A stretch of 32,000 nt of DNA from Zestosphaera tikiterensis (lineage in GTDB: Archaea > Thermoproteota > Thermoprotei_A > Sulfolobales > NBVN01). Location: NCBI GenBank assembly GCA_003056265.1, contig NBVN01000003.1, positions 1 through 32,000 of the forward strand, given 5' to 3'. The translations under genes and the position numbers were made by a program. The notes beneath the pieces were generated by a model, which was not told where the DNA came from, did no database searches, and saw only the letters and a list, made by a program, of their open reading frames with translations. Below are positions 1-6,400 of the stretch, piece after piece. Positions within the stretch are counted from its first letter, which is position 1. Each line of letters begins with the position of its first letter.

Positions 1-195
1 GCCTATTTAATTCCAGTTATAACATATCCATTAAATCCAACTACTCCCATTTACGGATATCTAAAGAAACTCTAGCAATTTCAACTATAATGGGCTATCT
101 CTAAGCCATGTTATGTAAAGACAAGTACATTTAAATTAAAAATAGCTTACTTAAAATATGAAGTCTTAATAATTTATTCAAGCTAATAAGATATT

Positions 196-273
196 GGGCC
201 CGTGGCCTAGCCAGGATAAGGCGCCGGCCTTCGGAGCCGGAGGTCCCGGGTTCAAATCCCGGCGGGCCCGCCA
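196..273 (+). tRNA. tRNA-Arg, anticodon TCG, CCA encoded
   Basis: Cloverleaf folded by eye. Acceptor GGGCCCG/CGGGCCC, D stem GCCT/AGGC, anticodon stem CCGGC/GCCGG with loop CTTCGGA (anticodon TCG), T arm CCGGG-TTCAAAT-CCCGG, discriminator G, CCA at 271-273. No intron. Confidence 0.93.
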
Positions 274-326
274 CATATTAACTCAAGGTTTCTTTAGTTT
301 TAATGCTGAAGGAATTCTCAACGCTA

Positions 327-1159
327 ATCTACACGACTTATATTTCTGTGGGCTTTTCTCGTTTCCACTAGATAGTATGGCCAGAAAGCAAGCCACTTAT
401 TGAGGATAACTCCCTATCCTACATGTACATAGTCACTATATTTCTTAATCTCATCTACTGGCGGTAGAGGGTTGTAAAGCGCGTTTTGCCTCAATAGCTT
501 CTGCCCCCTCTTTGTATTTCGGAGCTTGAGTCTAGGCCTTCATCAACTATAACTATTTTTGCGTCAGGCCTGGCTACTCTAAGCATTTCCCTAATGGCGA
601 GTTCCTGCTCTTCGAAGGTGTTTATACTGCCCACATGGAAGACTCCGTCGAAGCAGTTATCTTTCAGGGGTAGGTGGGAGGCGTTACCCTAATTAACACA
701 ACGTTCCAATGCTTTTTAGCAGTCCTTCTGGCATATCTCATCATGCTAATCGATATGTCAACTCCTATCACTAGGCCGTTCTTCCCAACCATCTTCCTCA
801 GTAAGGGAGGATTCTTTCCGGTACCCGTGGCCGCATCGAGAACCTTATCCCCTTTTTCAACTTTAGTAGCTTAGCTCATTTCCTTCGAGCCCTCATCTTC
901 AGCCCAAGCGTAAAGATTGGAATTATCCTATGGAAAAGCCTATAGTACTGTTCAGCGTTCTCATCATACCACTTAATCCACTGCTTATCCCTACCTGAGA
1001 CTAGAGAGTCTGGAAGCGTATCTATAATGCCATATTGCCCACGCTGTAGACACGCCCGCATCTAGTACATTGCAGCTTGCCCTTACCCAGGAAGACTAAG
1101 GGTGCTCTACAGAGAGGGCACCTTAGAAACTCCAGCACTACATCGTCATACCGCTGCAT
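327..1159 (-). pseudogene. Zn-ribbon (Trm112-like CPxC...CxxC) plus class I SAM-dependent methyltransferase, broken by several frameshifts and stops
   Basis: Hand translation of the minus strand gives five pieces in different frames. (a) MQRYDDVVLEFLRCPLCRAPLVFLGKGKLQCTRCGRVY from ATG 1159. (b) frame change to QYGIIDTLPDSL...WYDENAEQYY (ORF 876-1061). (c) frame change near 875 to EKGDKVLDAATGTGKNPPLLRKMVGKNGLVIGVDIS (SAM motif I). (d) frame change near 690 to GNASHLPLKDNCFDGVFHVGSINTFEEQELAIREMLRVARPDAKIVIVDEG. (e) stop, then further C-terminal pieces down to about 327. Confidence 0.7.
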
Positions 1160-1173
1160 GGAATATCACCCCT

Positions 1174-1620
1174 CTACGGGATTACTTTAAGCCATGGAAC
1201 TTGTTTGAAGTCCTCGTCGAATGATGCCAGTTTTTCTATACCTCTGTGTTTGCAGGTTAATACTATTTGGGCATCGTTTGGCGCTAGCCTGTAAGCCTTG
1301 ATAGTCTCGACAAGCTCGTCTGGGTTCTGGTAATCCCTTAGTACAGTTACTTTGAAGTCCTTAATGAAGCCGTTCACCCTCTCTATGGCTTCTTCGGGGA
1401 ATCCGTGTTTGGCTATATGCTTCCGGAATGGGTATTTTCCCTCAACACTGTGTTTTACCCGGGCAATCTTTGCGCCAGTAGTATAGAGCAACTCATTATA
1501 TACTATTATGGGGACGGCCATACCTTCTATAATTGCTTCCCTGACAACCTTTTCTGAGACGCTAGTTAGCTCTGTCTCGAAGAGAAAGTGATAGATTACG
1601 TTTGTGCCGAGGCATATCAT
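1174..1620 (-). CDS. vapC: PIN-domain toxin (VapC-like); first catalytic Asp replaced by Gly
   Basis: 148 aa, paralog of 10852-11304 (both end FDEDFK(Q/R)VPWLKVI). N-terminus MICLGTNVIYHF aligns with FLDTNIFYHI in the paralog; the codon is GGC where GAC is expected. ATGA start/stop overlap with the upstream antitoxin. Confidence 0.85.
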   Translation of the reverse strand: MICLGTNVIYHFLFETELTSVSEKVVREAIIEGMAVPIIVYNELLYTTGAKIARVKHSVEGKYPFRKHIAKHGFPEEAIERVNGFIKDFKVTVLRDYQNPDELVETIKAYRLAPNDAQIVLTCKHRGIEKLASFDEDFKQVPWLKVIP

Positions 1621-1814
1621 TGGACCTGAGCCTCCTCCTCAAGCTCCCGGAACTCCTCAACAGAGGATTTCCCGAGAACACCCCTATACTTCTTGATTAA
1701 CTCGTCCATACCCTCCTCCACAATAACCTTATACTCCTTACCCTCCTCAAGGTCTACATTACCCAAAGGCTTAAGCACGCCATTCTCGTACCTGACACGT
1801 ATAACCTTGGACAC
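1617..1814 (-). CDS. vapB: Small antitoxin, DUF104/AF2212-like family (named from memory)
   Basis: 65 aa, MSKVIRVRYENGVLKPLGNVDLEEGKEYKV. This is the typical archaeal N-terminus of antitoxins paired with PIN toxins. 4-nt overlap with the PIN gene. Confidence 0.85.
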   Translation of the reverse strand: MSKVIRVRYENGVLKPLGNVDLEEGKEYKVIVEEGMDELIKKYRGVLGKSSVEEFRELEEEAQVQ

Positions 1815-1975
1815 TTCCCAGCCCCACCTATAAATAATGTTCCTCAGAGTAATTATTCTTTCCTTACAAGGTGTTTCTAGATTATCCTCCCCGACATCCA
1901 GTACAGATAATCATCGTTGAAGCATATTCCCAGTCTATGGTTCCTACTGGAAACTCCATTTTTACATCCTTGACA

Positions 1976-2019
1976 TTTGGAGTCGGATGTCCTGGATTCA
2001 AATCCCAGCAGGCCCACCT
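1976..2019 (+). repeat. Decayed copy of tRNA-Arg 3' half (att-type scar)
   Basis: TTTGGAGTCGGATGTCCTGGATTCAAATCCCAGCAGGCCCACCT against tRNA 230-273. 35/44 identical by hand alignment. 7 of 9 differences are C->T or G->A. Confidence 0.7.
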
Positions 2020-2089
2020 AACTGAAGCAGTTAAATATTTGGTTTGTAGGTAATTATAGTGTTTAATGGTTCTCACCTTGGGTGTGGAG

Positions 2090-2330
2090 GGAAGGTGGGT
2101 GTGAAACCTCAAGGCTTAGGATGTGTGGCTTTCCCTAAAGCCCGAGCGTCCCCCACCGAGGGATCACCTCCTTAATCACCACGTGATGGGAGACGCGGGT
2201 TAGGGCTTTAGGTGAGGTTGTCATGAACGGGGGTGAGGGCGATAACAAGCCACCGATGAACTCAAGAGGATGGCCGAACCTAATGAACCCCAAAGCCTAC
2301 ATAGGACTACAAACACCTATGTAGGCTGAA
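2090..2330. ncRNA. GC-rich structured intergenic patch (candidate ncRNA or element relic), strand unknown
   Basis: Hand GC counts: 35/60 (2101-2160) and 33/60 (2161-2220) against 18/60 in flanking 2341-2400. Perfect 11-bp hairpin GCCTACATAGG(N10)CCTATGTAGGC at 2295-2326 and a 6-bp hairpin GGCTTT/AAAGCC at 2128-2143. No convincing ORF in any frame. Confidence 0.3.
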
Positions 2331-2438
2331 CCCCGCACAAAACGACTTACTATTTACTTGTTAATGCTTTACAGTACTCCTAGGAATTATAAAAGGAGAT
2401 GCTATACTAATATATAGGCTAATATATAGGTGTGGTGA

Positions 2439-2624
2439 TGCATTGTAATCAGTGTTGAGGAACTTAGAAAGATTGTAAGGGAGGAAGTTAGGAGAGCTCT
2501 TTTAGAAGCCCTGGTCGAGTTGTTGCCGGTTGTTAATGAAGAGGAGCAAAGAGAGATAGAAATGATTGCTGGTAGGCCAAGTGATTATTCTGAGGAGGAG
2601 TTCATGGATTGGGGTAGCGGGTAA
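2439..2624 (+). pseudogene. relB: aRelB-like antitoxin; open frame lacks an in-frame start
   Basis: Frame reads ...SVEELRKIVREEVRRALLEALVELLPVVNEEEQREIEMIAGRPSDYSEEEFMDWGSG*. The only nearby ATG (2438) is one nucleotide out of frame and stops after 6 codons. Below the 60-aa ORF cutoff. Confidence 0.5.
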
Positions 2625-2889
2625 GAATACATCGTAAGGCTCATCGCTTCTTAGAAAGCCTTCATGGAAATAAGAAGAGAATTATTGAGGAGAAGCTAAG
2701 GGAGCTTGTGGAAGCACTTAAGCATGGCGTCTTGCCTTATCGTAGGCTTGATATCTGCAGACTTAAAGGTGAATGGAAAGGCTTTCTACGTCTTCGAGTT
2801 AGCGATATAAGGATTATATTTAAAATAGATTTTAATGCTAAACAATACACATTTACCACATCCATTATAGGAGGAGCGCTTACAAATAA
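2618..2889 (+). pseudogene. relE: aRelE-like toxin; no start codon and a C-terminal frameshift
   Basis: Frame opens after TAG 2615-2617: RVRIHRKAHRFLESLHGNKKRIIEEKLRELVEALKHGVLPYRRLDICRLKGEWKGFLRLRVSDIRIIFKIDFNAK. The RelE-type ending TIHIYHIHYRRSAYK* lies in the next frame (stop 2887-2889). The in-frame reading runs on to 2911 as unrelated sequence. Confidence 0.65.
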
Positions 2890-2932
2890 CTCAGTTCAAA
2901 ATAGCAATTAAACAACACAATGCATAAGTTAA

Positions 2933-3109
2933 TTAAGTTAATATTGAAACAATAACATCTTTAGACACGCTATCCCAACTATCTAGAAAATCTCTATAGA
3001 AATCCCCGTAAACTCTCTTTAAAACACTAATAACATCTTCATCATATATAAGCATAGCTAAAACCATACATAGAACAATATGCAGTAAGACCAATAAAAC
3101 TCCTAACAC
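2933..3109 (-). CDS. Possible 58-aa small membrane protein (GTG start)
   Basis: VLGVLLVLLHIVLCMVLAMLIYDEDVISVLKRVYGDFYRDFLDSWDSVSKDVIVSILT*. One hydrophobic helix followed by an acidic tail. Just under the ORF-track cutoff, with no homology evidence. Confidence 0.25.
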   Translation of the reverse strand: MLGVLLVLLHIVLCMVLAMLIYDEDVISVLKRVYGDFYRDFLDSWDSVSKDVIVSILT

Positions 3110-3135
3110 ACTTAAACCATTGAGAGGAAATTCGT

Positions 3136-3223
3136 GACGGAGTGGCCGAGTGGTCCAAGGCGGTGGGCTCGAGACCCACTGGCGGTTATACCGCCGCGCT
3201 GGTTCAAATCCCGCCCCCCGGCA
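3136..3223 (+). pseudogene. tRNA-Ser(CGA)-like relic lacking a pairing 5' acceptor strand
   Basis: The D arm, anticodon arm GTGGG-CTCGAGA-CCCAC (CGA), long variable arm GGCGG-TTATA-CCGCC and 3' end ...CCCCCCGGCA are class II tRNA-like. The 5' seven nucleotides GACGGAG cannot pair with the 3' acceptor, and the T stem has a U-C mismatch (GCTGG/CCCGC). Confidence 0.6.
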
Positions 3224-3264
3224 TCATTCCTCTGTAATTTCCAACGCTTCCCCGGGTAGCTGTT

Positions 3265-3287
3265 GTAGTAATACGTGTAGTAATACG
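3265..3287 (+). repeat. Tandem direct repeat GTAGTAATACG x2 (12-nt period), partial third copy following
   Basis: GTAGTAATACG at 3265-3275 and 3277-3287, followed by GGTAGTGG. Lies about 200 nt upstream of the giant gene. Confidence 0.6.
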
Positions 3288-3416
3288 GGTAGTGGTTCCC
3301 TTGATTTCTAATTTCCTGTATTAGAGACGTATTATAGTCGGAGGTTCAGCTTTTTGAGGCGGGGGTGAGGTTGGAGCTTATCCTTATTCATCAGCTATAG
3401 GTATTTTCATTGGTTG

Positions 3417-3450
3417 GGTTTGACTAATTTAGTCAAACCAAATTTATATA
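3417..3450 (+). promoter_or_regulatory. Perfect 10-bp inverted repeat abutting a TATA-like box upstream of the 1593-aa gene
   Basis: GGTTTGACTA-ATT-TAGTCAAACC (3417-3439) is immediately followed by AAATTTATATAAGG (TATA-like 3443-3450), about 40 nt before ATG 3488. GAGGGTGGG lies just upstream of the start. Confidence 0.5.
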
Positions 3451-3487
3451 AGGGTGTCTACCTAGTTAGACGTGAGGGTGGGTCCTC

Positions 3488-6400
3488 ATGGTAAGGCTTA
3501 TTGCCCGGTCTCTCTCCATTATTATGGTTGTACTACTAGTACTACCCGAAGCAAATATCATTTTTGCTGAGAACACTCTATTAGGGCCGGCCTTCAATAG
3601 CGTTCAGAAAATCCCCGTGGTAAAACCCTCTAGGGATTACCTACCGGCAAATTACAGTCACGCCTTGAACCTCATATTTAATTTTAAAACCGATCAGGGG
3701 TTAAAGAGGGAAACAGGTATTACGACTACATTGATTAGTGACAATACTGTTAGAATACATGCCTACAACTACTACACTAACTACTTGGCAATAGCCGACT
3801 TAGACCTCGTAACCCTGGAGAAGAAAGTAAAATACGTCTTCTCCCAGTACTATAATGAAACACCACATATGTATGGACCAATTATCCGGATCAACGGCAC
3901 AGCCTACAACTTCATAGAACAAATGACTAATTACGGTGTCCCAGCCGGGATCCTGGGGTCAACAGATGTCGGCGCCAACACTATTGTCGTGACCCGCGTC
4001 ATGGGTTTTGACCTTCCACCGATTGAGTTAAAAATCGGTAGAGATGATACTGCTCGCCGAGACAAAGGCTATATAGTGATCGCCAGCCTCAATAAAAACA
4101 GCGCGGACACATATATTCTCGATCTCGGCGCGGTAGTTGATAGAGCATTAGGTGGACCAGGCATAATAAATAGTATTCCATTCGATGTGAGGGCATTGAA
4201 TAGTGCGAGCATCCGCTTCAATGGATCTACTATGAGCCTTGCACTCACGAGCCTTGGATGGCCCGGCGCCCCCGTGTATCAAGGCTGGATAGACTACGTC
4301 GATGGATTAGCGAGGATAGGCGAGCGTATAAATAATACTCATGTAAAGCTCTTCGCGGGGACAATAATAGCGCAGATCGATCTAGGGGATATGAAGGTTA
4401 TTAATGCATCCTTCGTGTACTCGAAGGAATATAACTCCTTCTCCATAGGTAAGCCCCTCAGTGACGGTGGATTCCTAGTACTACTCGTCTCAGTTAATTC
4501 AGTAGTATTCGTTAAGGTAGGCAAGGAACTACGCATAGAATGGGTAACTAGGATAGACCTACCTGCGATAAACCCTGATAATCCTGGGTGGTTCATCAAC
4601 CACTTTAAAATAGCTGAGGCCGGGAATGGGTACGTGGCTTTACTACCGTTTAACCTCGTGCAAAAAGGCTGGCCGAGGGAGAAACCCGTGGTAGTCTACC
4701 TGGATAAGAGCGGTCGCCTCAAGTGGAGTGCGCAGCTGCAGCCAGTGACATGGGTGCATACTGATATAGCTGAGTTATCCGCAGATAACGATACCATCTA
4801 CGTTGTATGGTCTAGTAACTATGACAATCCCCCTGGGAAACTATCATGGATAACGATGTTTGATGAGAGTGGGGAAGTGCTCGGGTCATTTAGGAACGCT
4901 GTAGGCATAGAGTATAACGCTGGCTTATTCACGGAGGTGCATGGGAGGCTCGGGAGAGATAGGACGATAATATGTAGGCCTACAGGCTATCACATATTTC
5001 ATAGAGGGGGCTTTGAGGGATGGATTGACGCCATGTACCTGCTCAACGACTATGACACTATGGAGCTAGGGGAGAACAGTCCCTTCAGGGATTTCAGGAG
5101 TAATGATGCTGACCTTGAGAAAGGCGAGGGGTGGATTGTTTCAAGTAATCCGACATGGCTGAATGTCTCCTACGGCTACACCGGGGTAGGCATAGCATAC
5201 TATAAGCACCCTATCCTCGTTAAAAGCGGGGAATCTATAACCATCAATAATACATATGTTGACACCCCACAGATAGTAACTGTGCTTAGGGATGTAGAGA
5301 GCACAGTAGAATTCACACCATCCTTCGTCTACCCAGTAGCCATTATGCCTGATGAAATAGACTTTGGACAGGTTCACATAGGGGAGGAGAAAGCTGTTGA
5401 TGTGGAAGTTGTATGGCTATCAGATATGTCTGGCACAGCAAGGGGCTACATCTACCACATTCCTAAAGCCCCATTCAAGCTCGGCGACTTATTCAAAGTG
5501 GAGGACGCCCATGTCGGTAATCATGTGCGTGTGAGAATGTACTTTAAGCCTGATAAAGAGGGGATAGCTACAGATATATTTGGCCTAGGCGCCATGATAT
5601 ATCCGGGAGTAGGCTACCCGGATCCATCTAGATTAGATTATCCTAGGCAAACAATCCCCGTGAGGGGAATCGGTGTTTCACGGGATAAGCCCATTGTTAT
5701 CAATATATCTAACTGCCCAGTTAGTCTAGGGCTTTCGGCATCCTACATCTCTATGCCTCCCTTCATACTGCCCGGTTCATCCTATAGGGAGTCAATCTAC
5801 ATAACCAACATAGGTAATGCTGAGGCAGTGTTCATTCACGGGATCCTAGTGCTACCTGGGAGCACCGTTATCTCCGTTAAGGGAGCTGATGAGGTTATAG
5901 GCCTCGGCAACGAGAGCCTGGATCCATTCTTCGCAATAGCTACAAAACTCAAGCCCCTGGAGACTAGGAGGATAGATATCTACATGAGGATAACGGCGGA
6001 GCTAGCGGATCGCAACAGCCCCTACAGGAAGCTGGGCCTAGAGCGGGCACCACATGGAGCTGTGCCCATGGAGATAGCGGCTCTACCACCTGCTCTATGG
6101 GAGGAGGCTTGGAGCTACTATAAGAAGAGCGATAAACCCCATCTCGTCGTGGACGCTGCGCTCAGAATGTACAATGACTACGTGGCCGGCATAGTGATGA
6201 AGCTGGGGGAGATGCCGGAGGATGAGCTGAATGATGCGCTAGTAAACTTGTGGATGAGTAATCAATACCTAGCCGACTACCTTGACATCGTATCCTTCAG
6301 AATGGCCATGGGCGACTGGATGTTCAATGAGACGGCTGCTTCCATAATTATTGGGGCTAATGGAGAGGTGTTGAATGCCAGCGGTATAAAGGTCAATAAT

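Noticed and set aside
194-403. The 69-aa plus-strand ORF reading through tRNA-Arg. The same applies to ORFs 1871-2053, 1882-2112, 11606-11848 and 24494-24676, which run through tRNA genes or relics.
   Set aside because: Their GPGFKSR- or DLNPG-type segments are simply translations of the tRNA T arm. The remainder is low-complexity with no motifs. Only the minus-strand ORF at tRNA-His has an integrase-like N-terminus.
2128-2174. That the GGATCACCTCCTTA patch is a stray 16S rRNA fragment.
   Set aside because: Only the 14-mer matches. The upstream sequence bears no resemblance to the conserved helix 45 / AAGTCGTAACAAGG region of 16S.
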